Of a DNA stretch of 64,000 nucleotides, positions 36,546-47,558 are shown in pieces. Made by a program: the position numbers and the translations under genes. Each line of letters starts with the position of its first letter. Position 1 is the first letter of the stretch. Under the pieces are notes generated by a model. It did no database searches. It saw only the letters and a list, made by a program, of their open reading frames with translations, and was not told where the DNA came from. This stretch comes from a virus, in the IMG/VR virus record IMGVR_UViG_3300022890_000019, positions 10,218-74,217 of that record. The stretch is one strand, 5' to 3'.

Positions 36546-38689
36546 TAGCTAAATAGATAAGACATAATTCCTGCCATCCTTTTACTTCTTGCTGCCTCCT
36601 TAATAACATCAGCTTGCAGTTGTTTCTGTGTTAGCTCTCCATAGATACTAGATCCTCTGGAAGATGCTGCATTCATAGCTGCGTCATTACTATAGATAGC
36701 CTGTTCCTTCCTAGTCTCGAACTTATCGAGCATATCTCTGTTAGCCCTGAAGATATCAAGGTTAAACATATTCTCTTTAAGGTCAAGCTCTGAGTTCATC
36801 CTGTTGTTCTCTATAGAAGACTTTATGTTTGCTCCTCCCACTCCCTGTTGTACCTTACTGATAGCATCAGCCCTGTTAGCAAACAGTCCTGGGATAAGAT
36901 CTGGTTGTCCTAGCCTTCTTAACTGATTAGCACTTGATATAAAGCCTTTATCTATCTCATTGATATAAGTGGTAGGATCTTCAAAATAAGGTCTATTACG
37001 AGGTAGTTTGATAGGAGATACACCTATAGGAGCATTCTGATTCATATTCCTCTTACGTGCCATAAAAGCATTAAAGAACTGGACACCTGTATTGACTCCT
37101 TCTATTCCTGCAGCTATCTTAGAATTCTTTTTATACCTTGCATAAAGATCATCTTCTGGATTAACAGACTCTGGTAGAGTTGGTTTTGAATCCCTACCCT
37201 TCTTAATAACAGAACTGGTAGGAGCTTTTGTAGTTCCTGTAAAAGATGGATCAAAAGTAAATTCTCCTGCTGTCTTAATAGCAGCCTTTTTTCTATCTTC
37301 CTTTAATTTTATATCAGGACTAACCGGTTTACCAATCCGTCTTTCGTCAAACATATTATCTTCATATGCACCAAAAACTTCTCTTCCTTCTTTTTTATTT
37401 GCAAAAGGCTGTCCTGTATGTATATCATCTAATTTATCAAATAACATATAATTTGCGATAGAACCCTGAGAGAATTGTTTCTTTCTTTTTTTACCATCAG
37501 GAAAGAAAGTACCATCTTCAGCATTACTACTCATTGTAGGCATAGTAGCTATAATATCTTCTATAGGCATACCTGAGTTAAGCATAGACATCTGATCATC
37601 ATTAAAGATAGCATCACCTTTGTTTAAGGCTACTTTGTACTCTCCACCTTCTGCTTCTATAGGTCTTCCTCCTACTGACATATTAATACCACCACCCTCA
37701 TGTGAAGGTCCATAGATAGGACTTACGCCTGTGACGTATAATCCATTGTTTGCACGTCTTCTATTTTTTATCATAATATCGTTGTTTTTTTCAGGGAAGT
37801 ATCCACCCATTCTTAATTGTGGTTTAGACCATCGTATCCCTTTATATTCAGCATCCTGCTCTATAGACCGTTGCTTTCTCCATTCTTGTTGATTAGGAGA
37901 GCTGTCACCTTCTAGCCTTGGAAGTATCATTGCCCAGCTTGCTGCTGTAGCTGCAGGACTGATAGCATTACCTAGAAGACCTCCTAGCCTATGCATCTGT
38001 GTACCACCTATAATCATCCTGTTATATATAGACTCATTACCAAACTCTCCTATCTTGTTATTGAGCTTCATAAGTTTATCAATAACTCCTTGTCGTATCA
38101 TCTTTCCTGCTCCTCTTCTTGGATTAGGAACATAGGCACCATCTTTAGCAAACTTAGTAAACATTCCTCCTCTTGAAGGTAGGATGTATACTCCACTCCT
38201 AGCATTCATCCCATCATCCATAGTACCAGTATCAAAATCAAAAGTACCACTCTCATAAGGTTCTGGAATACTATTGTCAATATCAGCATCATCATAAGGT
38301 GTACTTAAATCAATATCACCTACACCTATACCTGCATCAGCACCTTCAGGTCTATATCCAGCATCCCAACTACTCTTACCTGGTGCTGATTCAGGACCAT
38401 TACCTGTAGGCTTTATTTTATTCATCAGACTACCTGCAACAGAATTACCACCTGTCCATGCAGCAGTCATATCCAACATTCTCTGAGCATATTTGCCCAT
38501 CCTCTCACCAGACTTATAGGTATTAGATTCTGATCCTGCAGAGGAACCTGAGAAGTTTCCTGCAGTACCGAAGTCCCCCCAACTATTTTTCTGGTTGTCA
38601 AATATCTCAGTCTGTCCTCTACTCATAAAATTTGCTGATACTAAGGAACCAATTCCTTTTGCTGCACCGCCTATTATTGAACCAACCAT
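36545..38689 (-). CDS. crAss-type cargo/ejection protein (follows the muzzle gene)
   Basis: GPSHEGGGI...EAEGGE motif typical of the gene after the tail stabilization protein. Gly-rich amphipathic segments and an Asn/Gln-rich coiled C-terminus. Confidence 0.7.
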   Translation of the reverse strand: MVGSIIGGAAKGIGSLVSANFMSRGQTEIFDNQKNSWGDFGTAGNFSGSSAGSESNTYKSGERMGKYAQRMLDMTAAWTGGNSVAGSLMNKIKPTGNGPESAPGKSSWDAGYRPEGADAGIGVGDIDLSTPYDDADIDNSIPEPYESGTFDFDTGTMDDGMNARSGVYILPSRGGMFTKFAKDGAYVPNPRRGAGKMIRQGVIDKLMKLNNKIGEFGNESIYNRMIIGGTQMHRLGGLLGNAISPAATAASWAMILPRLEGDSSPNQQEWRKQRSIEQDAEYKGIRWSKPQLRMGGYFPEKNNDIMIKNRRRANNGLYVTGVSPIYGPSHEGGGINMSVGGRPIEAEGGEYKVALNKGDAIFNDDQMSMLNSGMPIEDIIATMPTMSSNAEDGTFFPDGKKRKKQFSQGSIANYMLFDKLDDIHTGQPFANKKEGREVFGAYEDNMFDERRIGKPVSPDIKLKEDRKKAAIKTAGEFTFDPSFTGTTKAPTSSVIKKGRDSKPTLPESVNPEDDLYARYKKNSKIAAGIEGVNTGVQFFNAFMARKRNMNQNAPIGVSPIKLPRNRPYFEDPTTYINEIDKGFISSANQLRRLGQPDLIPGLFANRADAISKVQQGVGGANIKSSIENNRMNSELDLKENMFNLDIFRANRDMLDKFETRKEQAIYSNDAAMNAASSRGSSIYGELTQKQLQADVIKEAARSKRMAGIMSYLFS

Positions 38690-38693
38690 AATG

Positions 38694-41600
38694 TTAAGAT
38701 TTAGAGATTATAAAATTACTTATTACTTTCTTTATATAGATAGCCTGTGCGTCAGTAGTTGGATTGTACACTATAGTAACCTTCATCCAATGTCCTCTCA
38801 TATCACTGCCACAATCATAGTCTTTGTCTTTAGAACGAGTCTCCACCACTACCGGTATCCTCCACTCGTTTTCTGTATACTCAGAGTGCTTCCAGAAACT
38901 AGCAGTGTCATTGTCACTCGTAAGGAAGACATATGATCCAAACTGTGATTCTGTCTCATAGGCAATACTATATAGGTCTTCTTTGCTCATCTCTATCTTT
39001 AGAGCCTGGAATATCTTTTCAAAGTCATATAGTGATTTATCCCCTTGCCTACCGTTAACAATGAACGAAAGCTTCAAAGGGTACTTAGTGTCATAGAACT
39101 TGAGAAAGTTGTTAGAATCATGCTTAAACACTTCAGATGGGTTATTCTGCTCTAGTGTATAAAGATCATCTCTTATTCCAAGATAAGCATAAGGAGTGAA
39201 AGACGCTTCACCTACAAAGGCATTGATAAGCTCATTATAGATAAGAGTGTTGTTATAACCTGCTAACTGAGGAGGATTAGGGATACCATCACTATCAGTA
39301 CTTGGAGTATCCTTTAAGCTATCAAATAAGAAGGTAAAGTATACCTCATCATATTTCTTATTATATCCTAAGACAATGCCAGTACCATTAACAGGATCAT
39401 CAGTTAGCTTACTCTTGATATCATTAAAAGAAGTTATCTGTGTCTTGTAGTCATTAAACCATTTAGCTAGAAGCTTGTTCTCTAGCAGGTCATTAGCAGA
39501 TAGCATCCTTCTACCTGTCTGTGTAGATTTAGCAGCTATGATCCATACCACACTGTTAAGCCAGTCTACACCATAGATACCTTTAGGAGTCTTTATAATA
39601 CCACTCATATGTTGAGAGCCAAACTCTGCTAGCTTCTTAAAGTAGGTAGGCAATAGCTCTACTGAGTCTGCAAGGAGTATCTCTCCTGAAGTAGTATCTG
39701 ACTGTGTAACTCTTTCTTTGATAGGATGCTGGTTGATAGCATACTCTTGTATAGAAATAACATCATCAGAGAACTCTAAGAGCTTAATGATAGCTCCATA
39801 CTCACTGTTCACATCTATCTTGTTGGAGAGAGCTATGCTTCTAAAAGAGTCAATGATGCTACCAGGAATATTTTTCGAAGAGTGATATATCCTTCCCGGC
39901 CTCTGGTTGTCATCTACCTCTGGAAGGTTAGAGTCATAACCCAGAAAATATTTACTTGGTAAGACATTATTGTATCCATCATTCACCTGAGTAGCTTCTA
40001 CCAAAGCTGCAGGGATATCTCTTAACACTATCCAGCTCTGTAAGTTTTCATAAAAGTCTAAACACTTAGGAAAATAAGTATATGTTATCTCATCATCACT
40101 AGGATCATAAGCTTTAACTTCATTACGCATATCTACATTTAAGAAATTCTCTGTAAATAGTCCTAAGCCCATACCATACTGATACCATATACCATTACCA
40201 GCTACAAACTCCCATCCATCACCACCCATGCCACTAATAGGATTTGTATTAGAAGCTGCATAGTCATAACCATTAAATCTATGTGATCTTATATATAATT
40301 TTGTAGGGAAGCAATCTCCTTTAAATATATTTATCGAAGTGTCATTGGTGATAGGTATAAAGTTACTTACAGGTTGGTAGATTTCTACAGTTGGATCAAA
40401 AGAGCTAACAACATCTAAAAAATAAGTATCATCAGGATTGTTAGCATAAAGGTTAACGACAAAGCCTGTAGATGGTAGAATAAGAGTCTGCTTTTCTACA
40501 TTATCAAAATCTATAGCAGTAGTTATTCCTATATAAGATCCTGTAGCTAAACTTCTATTATAATAATAAGATGCCCCTGGTGAGGCTGCATATGTACTCC
40601 TCCCAGGAAGAGAAGAGGTAAAACGAGAAGGACCTTGCTCGGTACCTTTTTCTACAAAAACAGTATCTACATCCCATATTTCTTTATCAAAATGAATAGG
40701 ATTAGTACTTAGTCTCTTTGGATCAAGACCCTCACCACAATTAACTTCCACTCCTATAGTAGCAGGCTGTATTTGTAAATTACCAAGGACATACTCATTA
40801 ATCCTTGGATTAAATGCTAATTTCAAATATGTATTAGTAGGAATACTCTTTATCTTTCCCATAGTCACATCTGGACAGAATAGCCCATATTTTTTAGGAG
40901 TCTTTATCGTTTTAAAATCACTTATTTTAGAAAGACTCTCTGTTCTTGATGCATAATATTTATAATTTGTACCATCAGGTGTAACGGCACAGGGTAGATA
41001 TCCCTTATATAATGGAATATTAAGATTCTGATCAGCATTATATGTCTTGTTCATACCAAATCCAGTAGCAGGATAAACAATGCCTCCAGGACTGTCAGCT
41101 TGTAATCCTTGATAGCATGGTAACAACATTCCCTGACAGATAAGATTCTTTATCCTCTCACCTCTTACTATCCTAAAGCCTGTAACTCCTTCGAAATCCT
41201 TTTCATTAAGATTATAGTATCCATTAGCAGAAGTAACGTCAAAGCGCACTCCTATAGATCTATTGATAGTATCTGACAATAACCAGTCTCTTATCTGTAC
41301 TAGTCCTACATCATTAGCTAAACCATTTACTCTTCCTAATACAGGATATGCTTCTGACTCGGTACCATCAGCAAATTGGTATATTATAGCATAGGGATAT
41401 ATTTCACCTTTGGCCAGACCTACGAAATCTATTGTATTCTTAGGATTCTTAAAAGCACTTACCTGTGAATAGCCTTGTTGATGACCCCAGAAGCTATCAC
41501 CTCCTATATATGGACCAGAATCTACGAAATAATATGTGAGTTCCTGAGCATATTGTGCTAGCTTTTCTTTATCGTAACCATAGGAAGTCTTCTTCCAGTT

Positions 41601-42665
41601 ACCACCATAATAGGTATTGTTTGCCTCCGTATGAGACTTGTTGATGTTATAAGGTATCCTAGGTGTGATAAGCTCAGCATAAGCGAGTACACTCTGTGCT
41701 TCTGTACCAAGGATAGTAATGTTTTTAGATTCTCCTGTAATAGGGAAAGACTTGTTGATAAGATACACGTCTCTTATAGCTGCAGCATTTTCTGTAGTAG
41801 CAGTATAGTGAAGTACTCCTATCTGGAAGTAAGCATAGGACTGATCCAGGTTTCTTACAGTAAAAGATATCTTCTTGTTAGTCTTGTTGACTACGTTGTT
41901 AAGCCAGTCTTTATATTGTGCTCCTGTAATGTCTGGTGCCTCAGTACCGTCAAAGACACTTATAACTCCATACTCTGAGACAAAGTGAGTACTGTTATAG
42001 TCTGCAGTAAGATACCTATAAAATAGAAAGTAATTACCAGGAGGCATCTCTCCACCATTGATGACAGAGAGACTATCACAATAGGGAATCTTTTTAGTAG
42101 AAGCGATAAGGTTTAAAGCACCGTCAAAGCTCTCTTCCGTATAATACCTTCCTACAGATTCACCAGTCTGCTTGAAGTTACTATTTACCACCCTGATAGG
42201 ATTGTGGAAGTCTGTAATATAGACATTAGCAGTATTGTCATAAGAGATACGTACAAAGACATCTGCATAATGCTGAGTAGACATATTAAAAAGAGTAGAC
42301 CTCAGCGAACCTACCTTCACATCATTACCAAAGTTATGAAAAGCCTTATATTCTCTTACAAAAGAAGTATTGGTAGCTAACCATTGTTCAGGAGAAGGAT
42401 AAGAACCTATCTCCCCATGTCCCGTATCATCATTACAAGAGACGATGTAGATTATACCATTATACTCAGAAGCACCGATCACCATAAAGCCATCACTGAC
42501 CTGGAAGTGCTTCTCATTACCTTTCATACCTGTGACAACTAAGCCCTGTCCTTCCTTGTTGATAACACGGATATTCAGTGTAGGGAAATCCCATGAATCA
42601 GGAGACCTTAGCATATAGTCAAGGTCAGTAGTTATACCTTTAGTAAATACGTTTTTATGATCCAT
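38694..42665 (-). CDS. tail stabilization / muzzle protein (P22 gp10-like)
   Basis: 1323 aa. N-terminal NVFTKGITTDLD...LNIR, EIGSYPSP, YITDFHNPIRVVN, GDCF, FGSQH and C-terminal MRGHWMKV are typical of crAss-like tail stabilization proteins. Confidence 0.85.
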   Translation of the reverse strand: MDHKNVFTKGITTDLDYMLRSPDSWDFPTLNIRVINKEGQGLVVTGMKGNEKHFQVSDGFMVIGASEYNGIIYIVSCNDDTGHGEIGSYPSPEQWLATNTSFVREYKAFHNFGNDVKVGSLRSTLFNMSTQHYADVFVRISYDNTANVYITDFHNPIRVVNSNFKQTGESVGRYYTEESFDGALNLIASTKKIPYCDSLSVINGGEMPPGNYFLFYRYLTADYNSTHFVSEYGVISVFDGTEAPDITGAQYKDWLNNVVNKTNKKISFTVRNLDQSYAYFQIGVLHYTATTENAAAIRDVYLINKSFPITGESKNITILGTEAQSVLAYAELITPRIPYNINKSHTEANNTYYGGNWKKTSYGYDKEKLAQYAQELTYYFVDSGPYIGGDSFWGHQQGYSQVSAFKNPKNTIDFVGLAKGEIYPYAIIYQFADGTESEAYPVLGRVNGLANDVGLVQIRDWLLSDTINRSIGVRFDVTSANGYYNLNEKDFEGVTGFRIVRGERIKNLICQGMLLPCYQGLQADSPGGIVYPATGFGMNKTYNADQNLNIPLYKGYLPCAVTPDGTNYKYYASRTESLSKISDFKTIKTPKKYGLFCPDVTMGKIKSIPTNTYLKLAFNPRINEYVLGNLQIQPATIGVEVNCGEGLDPKRLSTNPIHFDKEIWDVDTVFVEKGTEQGPSRFTSSLPGRSTYAASPGASYYYNRSLATGSYIGITTAIDFDNVEKQTLILPSTGFVVNLYANNPDDTYFLDVVSSFDPTVEIYQPVSNFIPITNDTSINIFKGDCFPTKLYIRSHRFNGYDYAASNTNPISGMGGDGWEFVAGNGIWYQYGMGLGLFTENFLNVDMRNEVKAYDPSDDEITYTYFPKCLDFYENLQSWIVLRDIPAALVEATQVNDGYNNVLPSKYFLGYDSNLPEVDDNQRPGRIYHSSKNIPGSIIDSFRSIALSNKIDVNSEYGAIIKLLEFSDDVISIQEYAINQHPIKERVTQSDTTSGEILLADSVELLPTYFKKLAEFGSQHMSGIIKTPKGIYGVDWLNSVVWIIAAKSTQTGRRMLSANDLLENKLLAKWFNDYKTQITSFNDIKSKLTDDPVNGTGIVLGYNKKYDEVYFTFLFDSLKDTPSTDSDGIPNPPQLAGYNNTLIYNELINAFVGEASFTPYAYLGIRDDLYTLEQNNPSEVFKHDSNNFLKFYDTKYPLKLSFIVNGRQGDKSLYDFEKIFQALKIEMSKEDLYSIAYETESQFGSYVFLTSDNDTASFWKHSEYTENEWRIPVVVETRSKDKDYDCGSDMRGHWMKVTIVYNPTTDAQAIYIKKVISNFIISKS

Positions 42666-43302
42666 CTCTCATCATTTTCTGTTGGATAGGCAAGTTGTGA
42701 ATCTTCACTATCATATTGTATCTTATAATATTCAAATCATCAACCTCCTTACGAGTCTTGTGTCTGAAGTTGTTCTTAGCAGCAGAGATCTGTCCAGGTA
42801 ACATCATAAGCCATCTCTCATACATGCTCTCCTTGAACTTACCCATGCCTACAGCTTCTTCCAGTATCTTAATCTTACAGTATGTCTCACAAGCTTCTTG
42901 GTGCCAGGTGACTATCTGAGGAATACCGTCATTGTCTACATGGATACCTTTGTAGTTAAGGTATATGATATCTCCATCGTCAGGAGCATTACCATACTTG
43001 TCTTGTAAGTTATAAAGGTAAGAGCCATTGTTAGCTGCAGTAAGAGGATTTTCATTAGCTTCATAGATATCCAGGATACGAAATACATTGCATGGAACTT
43101 TCACCAGGCCATTGATCTTCTCTATGCCTATACCCTGAAAGGGCTGCATAAGAGTAATATCTTTTATATGGTCTACTTCCAGGGTAGCACATAACCCTAT
43201 AACAACATCCTCATCAAATTCTATGCTTTTATAGAGTTCACTTAGCGTACTCCATACCACAGAAGGACTCATAAATATTGTGTTATTTGCCATAGCGTAC
43301 AT
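42655..43302 (-). CDS. tail tubular / ring protein (P22 gp4-like)
   Basis: KVPCNV, IYLNYKGIHVDNDGIPQI...EACETYCKIK; position just upstream of the muzzle gene. Confidence 0.7.
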   Translation of the reverse strand: MYAMANNTIFMSPSVVWSTLSELYKSIEFDEDVVIGLCATLEVDHIKDITLMQPFQGIGIEKINGLVKVPCNVFRILDIYEANENPLTAANNGSYLYNLQDKYGNAPDDGDIIYLNYKGIHVDNDGIPQIVTWHQEACETYCKIKILEEAVGMGKFKESMYERWLMMLPGQISAAKNNFRHKTRKEVDDLNIIRYNMIVKIHNLPIQQKMMRDGS

Positions 43303-43858
43303 TCATTTTAATTTGTATATCATCAATGTTCTCGTAGTAGTGACCACCTTTTATCTCTTTGTCAAGTCTTTTCTTCCACTTTATGTTAAACATAACTTTT
43401 TGCCATTGCTGTAAATAATATATGCTTATCCCTTTATGGTAAAAGTGAAGCGATGTCCTCTTCTTGAATCCCTTGAGCTTTGTACTCCTAGTCATGCTAT
43501 CCTCTGCCACTACAATATATCCTATCCCGTTAGGAAGATGAAAGATAGCATTGTTATAAACTAAGTCATAGCATATCTTATCAGTCAAGTCATCTATCAA
43601 GAGCTTTATGACCATCTTCTCAAACTTTATGTAGGGATACTTTCTCTCTACACCTAATGTATCAAAGAACTTTCTTATTAACTTTCCTGGCTTATGCTGT
43701 AACCTTAAATATTTATACTCAAAAGTCTTATCATATACCAGCTCCATGTAGTCTACATCTTTAAGAGTCTTTCGCTCTCCATCTCTATTTATTATCCTAT
43801 GAGCTCTCACATGGGTCTTCTTCTTCGTCTGTCTCGACTTGACCGTATCTTTTTCCAT
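43283..43858 (-). CDS. basic IHF/HU-like DNA-binding protein (crAss IHF-type)
   Basis: Very basic, contains FHLPNGIGYI and KRL...IKGG..Y, and sits in the conserved position before the tail tubular gene. Confidence 0.55.
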   Translation of the reverse strand: MEKDTVKSRQTKKKTHVRAHRIINRDGERKTLKDVDYMELVYDKTFEYKYLRLQHKPGKLIRKFFDTLGVERKYPYIKFEKMVIKLLIDDLTDKICYDLVYNNAIFHLPNGIGYIVVAEDSMTRSTKLKGFKKRTSLHFYHKGISIYYLQQWQKVMFNIKWKKRLDKEIKGGHYYENIDDIQIKMNVRYGK

Positions 43859-44306
43859 TGTTCTTTCCTGCCTGTTCTATCATCTTCTCACCATACTCAT
43901 AACCGTCATGGGACTCCTCGGTAGTCTTTTCAAGGTCTACACCTATCGTATCCAGGACTGCCTGACGGTAATCTTTAGGCTGATCTGATTTGAATTCATG
44001 AAACTTAAACTTGTCTTGCATCCATTCAGGCTTTATCGTACCCTCTATGGCTATTTTACCTTCAGGTATATAAAAGGACTCTGTACCGATTAAAATACGG
44101 TAGTAAGTCACATAGGCATACTCTGTGTCCTCTGAGCATCCATCACAGGAGCCCTGACGAGTAGACTTGTCTTCAAACTGATATTGCCTCTTGATAAGAA
44201 AATATTTCTCAGTACCAACATCACCGGTAATCAAAATAGTCTCCATCATTGTAAGAATGGTTAAAGGATCTACTATATCCCCATTGCAATCAGTAATTTG
44301 TTCCAT
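43797..44306 (-). CDS. hypothetical protein
   Basis: Acidic ORF within the operon. Confidence 0.55.
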   Translation of the reverse strand: MEQITDCNGDIVDPLTILTMMETILITGDVGTEKYFLIKRQYQFEDKSTRQGSCDGCSEDTEYAYVTYYRILIGTESFYIPEGKIAIEGTIKPEWMQDKFKFHEFKSDQPKDYRQAVLDTIGVDLEKTTEESHDGYEYGEKMIEQAGKNNGKRYGQVETDEEEDPCESS

Positions 44307-44460
44307 GGCAGCTTATTCTTATTAAGAACCTCTTTCTAAAAATACGTATGTAATAAACATTGTATCCATCAGCAGGACACCTCTTTATCTTAGCTATATC
44401 ATAACATCTATATAATAGGCTAGATATCTTTGCTCTTATCTCTTTAATCTTATTGTTCAT
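44290..44460 (-). CDS. small basic hypothetical protein
   Basis: Start reassigned to ATG 44460 (MNNKIKEIRAK), overlapping the upstream stop. Confidence 0.4.
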   Translation of the reverse strand: MNNKIKEIRAKISSLLYRCYDIAKIKRCPADGYNVYYIRIFRKRFLIRISCHGTNY

Positions 44461-45160
44461 CGGTTGTTGTCTGTTGTTTAGATTGTTGTACTGGTGAACC
44501 CTGTATCTCTGTATCATCATTATAGGTGTCTTCAGTAATCCCCCAGGTACTCAGCAGGTCTTTCTTTACCAATATGAGTAACTTGTTTACCGAAGGAGTA
44601 GGGTAAGAGTCTGTAGACTTATAGTTACAGGCCTGTATTGGTATCTTGTATAACAATACCCCTGTAGCCATTACAAACCCTTCTGTAGGTAAGTCCTTTA
44701 ATATAGCTTTACTGCCTATAACGGTATAGATAGGACCAGGTTTAACCCATCGCTTGTACTTACTAGCATTAAAACCTTTAATAGTCTTTCTGGTAAAGGA
44801 TAACTCGAAGTTCTCTGTACCTAAGAAGGAGATATCTTTCCATCCTACATTTGGAATCAAAGCAGGAAGGTCTATAGTATACATCACTGCATCTGAAGTA
44901 AAAGATATGTTATCTACAGTACAAGAGTTCTTCTGACACTCTACCTCCAAGCAAGCAGACATCTTATAATACTGATCTGAAATCCTACCACCTCTGTTGT
45001 TATATTCTTCCCGGATAAGAGTAGCATTCATATCGTGGATCTTATCAGCGACATACTCTCTCTTACCTATTAAAAAACTATCATCGGTAGTCTGTTTAAG
45101 ATCTAGCATTAAAGTATCTAAAATAGAATCGAATGATCTCTGTTCCCCTGTTATAGCCAT
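44450..45160 (-). CDS. tail ring protein
   Basis: Start ATG 45160 lies after the terminator. DDS...IHDMNATLIREE...CLEVEC...LPALI...SYP pattern; conserved position. Confidence 0.6.
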   Translation of the reverse strand: MAITGEQRSFDSILDTLMLDLKQTTDDSFLIGKREYVADKIHDMNATLIREEYNNRGGRISDQYYKMSACLEVECQKNSCTVDNISFTSDAVMYTIDLPALIPNVGWKDISFLGTENFELSFTRKTIKGFNASKYKRWVKPGPIYTVIGSKAILKDLPTEGFVMATGVLLYKIPIQACNYKSTDSYPTPSVNKLLILVKKDLLSTWGITEDTYNDDTEIQGSPVQQSKQQTTTDEQ

Positions 45161-45173
45161 TTTGTTATAGATT

Positions 45174-45208
45174 AAAAAAAGGACAGAAGGCAAATCCCCT
45201 CTGCCCTT
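45174..45208 (-). terminator. intrinsic terminator after the capsid gene block
   Basis: Minus strand AGGGCAGAGG-GGATTTG-CCTTCTGTCCT followed by a T run. Confidence 0.85.
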
Positions 45209-45236
45209 ATTAGGTTATATCAATTTAATGAATAGA

Positions 45237-46781
45237 TTACCAGTTTTCAACAGCAGTTCCTACAAGGATCTCAAGGAGATCCTCGAAGCTACTATCCACT
45301 GCCCATACAGCAGGATCATCAGTAGACTCTTGCATATAAGAATACCTGGCACCAGTAGCAGCAGAGTTAGTCTTATCCCATAGATCATCATCTACCAAAG
45401 ACTTACGTACAGCAATAACATACTCGGTAGTATATTTAGTGTCGTAGTTAGCTCCATGGAGACCACTGATATCATTATCACCAACGGCAATAGTGTATAC
45501 ACAATAATCTATACCTTGCAAAGGCTGATCCAGATATATTCCTCTGGCAAGACTACCCTGATCTTTCTTATTCCAGAACATACGGAATATGTCATCAGAA
45601 GTTAAAGAAGGATACCTTCCCCATGGAGAAGTCTCTACTCCAAGAGTACACGTAGATGCAGCACTTAGAGTCAGGTTAAAGTCCGTGACAAGGTCAGTAT
45701 TAGTATATACATATACTGTCTCTCCTGCAGCACCTTTAATACCTGCATATCCTACCGCACCGGCAGTAAGATCCGCTATCAACTCGATAGACAATGCAGC
45801 TACATTAGTAGCAACAGTAGCAGCAGCGCCCATGGCAACACCGTCAACATAAGCTCTGGCTCCGGAAGTAGTAATAGTAGTTCCTATGATAGGAGTAATC
45901 CATACACCTCTTGTAGTACCACCCATATCATCACCATAGATAAGGTCGAACTGTACGTTAAGGTCTTTTGAAGTAAATAACATCTTACGAACAAAAGTAC
46001 AAGTAGAGGCACCAGCACCATCAGCAAGAGTATACTTATATCCTGCAGGACCAGTCACTAACATCACTGTAGAACTTACGGCTATAGCTGCAAGATCATA
46101 AGAGTTGTCATCGTTAAAGTCATTTACAGCAGTGATAATAGTAGCACCTCCATCAAGGTCAATAGTTTCAGTAAGTCCTGCAGGAGTCGTGATAAGTATT
46201 TTATCAGTGTTAGCATTAGTAGTAGTCACATAATATCCTCTGAATACATTAACGATAGCACCTGACATCTTAGTAAGAGCATCGGTATTCTGATTGTGAA
46301 GACCTATGTCATTATGAATCTGATCCATAAGATCGTTCTCCATAGCCAGGATGTAAGCAGCGTCAATAGTTGTACTAGTAGCCTCAACGACTTTAAGTAC
46401 TCCTACATATGACTTCTGCTGAAGATTGTTCTTACTATTACCTACACCAGGAAGCTTAACCTTTTCCCTGAAGGTAAGACCATATTCCCAGTCACATGAC
46501 GTACATGGAGCAGGAGGAGCAAATAACACTTCCAGAGAAGCATACTTGCCATCATCGGTACAGCTTTTAGATACCTTAATGTTTGAAGCTAGTGTTCCTA
46601 CACTAGCAGGAATGACAGGACTATCTGCTGTTCCTGTAACCACACCACCTCTGATATCAATACCAAGCTTTTTAAAGATTCCCATCTTGTAACCGGATAT
46701 GTAATCATTATAAATTCCAAAGTCTGTTGCATCTAATGTATTCAGCAAAATCATCTTTGGAGGTTGTCTTTTAGTTCTCAT
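45237..46781 (-). CDS. abundant structural protein (auxiliary capsid protein-like)
   Basis: 514 aa, Thr/Ala/Gly-rich, last gene before the terminator downstream of MCP. Positional equivalent of the crAss auxiliary capsid gene. Confidence 0.55.
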   Translation of the reverse strand: MRTKRQPPKMILLNTLDATDFGIYNDYISGYKMGIFKKLGIDIRGGVVTGTADSPVIPASVGTLASNIKVSKSCTDDGKYASLEVLFAPPAPCTSCDWEYGLTFREKVKLPGVGNSKNNLQQKSYVGVLKVVEATSTTIDAAYILAMENDLMDQIHNDIGLHNQNTDALTKMSGAIVNVFRGYYVTTTNANTDKILITTPAGLTETIDLDGGATIITAVNDFNDDNSYDLAAIAVSSTVMLVTGPAGYKYTLADGAGASTCTFVRKMLFTSKDLNVQFDLIYGDDMGGTTRGVWITPIIGTTITTSGARAYVDGVAMGAAATVATNVAALSIELIADLTAGAVGYAGIKGAAGETVYVYTNTDLVTDFNLTLSAASTCTLGVETSPWGRYPSLTSDDIFRMFWNKKDQGSLARGIYLDQPLQGIDYCVYTIAVGDNDISGLHGANYDTKYTTEYVIAVRKSLVDDDLWDKTNSAATGARYSYMQESTDDPAVWAVDSSFEDLLEILVGTAVENW

Positions 46782-46802
46782 CTTGTTTAGAATTAAAAAT
46801 AT

Positions 46803-47558
46803 TTATATTCTGTCTAGCTGTCTTCCTTGTTCCAGACCAATAGCGGTCCTGAATCTTGGATCTTGAATCCTATCAAGGTATATCATTACAGCTTTGTCTA
46901 TAATCTCGGATATTTGATAATCTGGTAGATCAATAGTATATACGAACCCTGACGAATAAGACATCTCGTTAGGATACTTGTAATAGTCTAGCATAATCCT
47001 TGTAGCATCAGAACCTACATCAGGGTCAGTAATCATCAATATCTGATCGTTAAAGATCTGACGGTATAGTTTACTGTCCCTGGGTTTAAGGTAATAGGAG
47101 TCACGTATCACAGATTCAGCATCAGATAGCATCCTGAAGGACTTTAACCATCCGCTGGTACCTGTAAGACTACACTCCTGTGCTGAGGAGGTGCTATAAT
47201 CAATTTCAAACATCATATTTAAAGCTCGTTGGTATTTAGGGAGAATATCATCATAGGTAAGGAGTGTCTCGTTAATATCAGTCACCATCCTTCCTTTTAT
47301 AGAAACCCCATCGGGAATATAGAATAGATTATCTCCTACATTCTTCATTACCACTTTACGTCTCAAACGCTGCATATCATCCATCTGCTTAGTAGTAAGC
47401 TGTACACCCTCTTTCATAGACTCATTAGACAGTATCCAGTCTCTCATGGCATACATGTTCCATAGTCTACAAAACACTTCAGGGATAACAGTACTCGTAG
47501 ATGTCTTCTTTATACCATCTAAGAACCCTTTAAATATATCGTCAGCCGTAGTATACAT
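46803..47558 (-). CDS. tail ring protein (crAss gene-74-like)
   Basis: DDMQRL, DSYYLKP and DYYKYP...IDLPDYQISEIIDKAVMIYL are adaptor-like motifs. Confidence 0.7.
   Translation of the reverse strand: MYTTADDIFKGFLDGIKKTSTSTVIPEVFCRLWNMYAMRDWILSNESMKEGVQLTTKQMDDMQRLRRKVVMKNVGDNLFYIPDGVSIKGRMVTDINETLLTYDDILPKYQRALNMMFEIDYSTSSAQECSLTGTSGWLKSFRMLSDAESVIRDSYYLKPRDSKLYRQIFNDQILMITDPDVGSDATRIMLDYYKYPNEMSYSSGFVYTIDLPDYQISEIIDKAVMIYLDRIQDPRFRTAIGLEQGRQLDRI

Noticed and set aside
45237-46781. Contractile tail sheath annotation
   Set aside because: No tape measure, tube or baseplate genes are present. Ring and muzzle genes indicate a short podovirus tail, so an auxiliary capsid role fits better.
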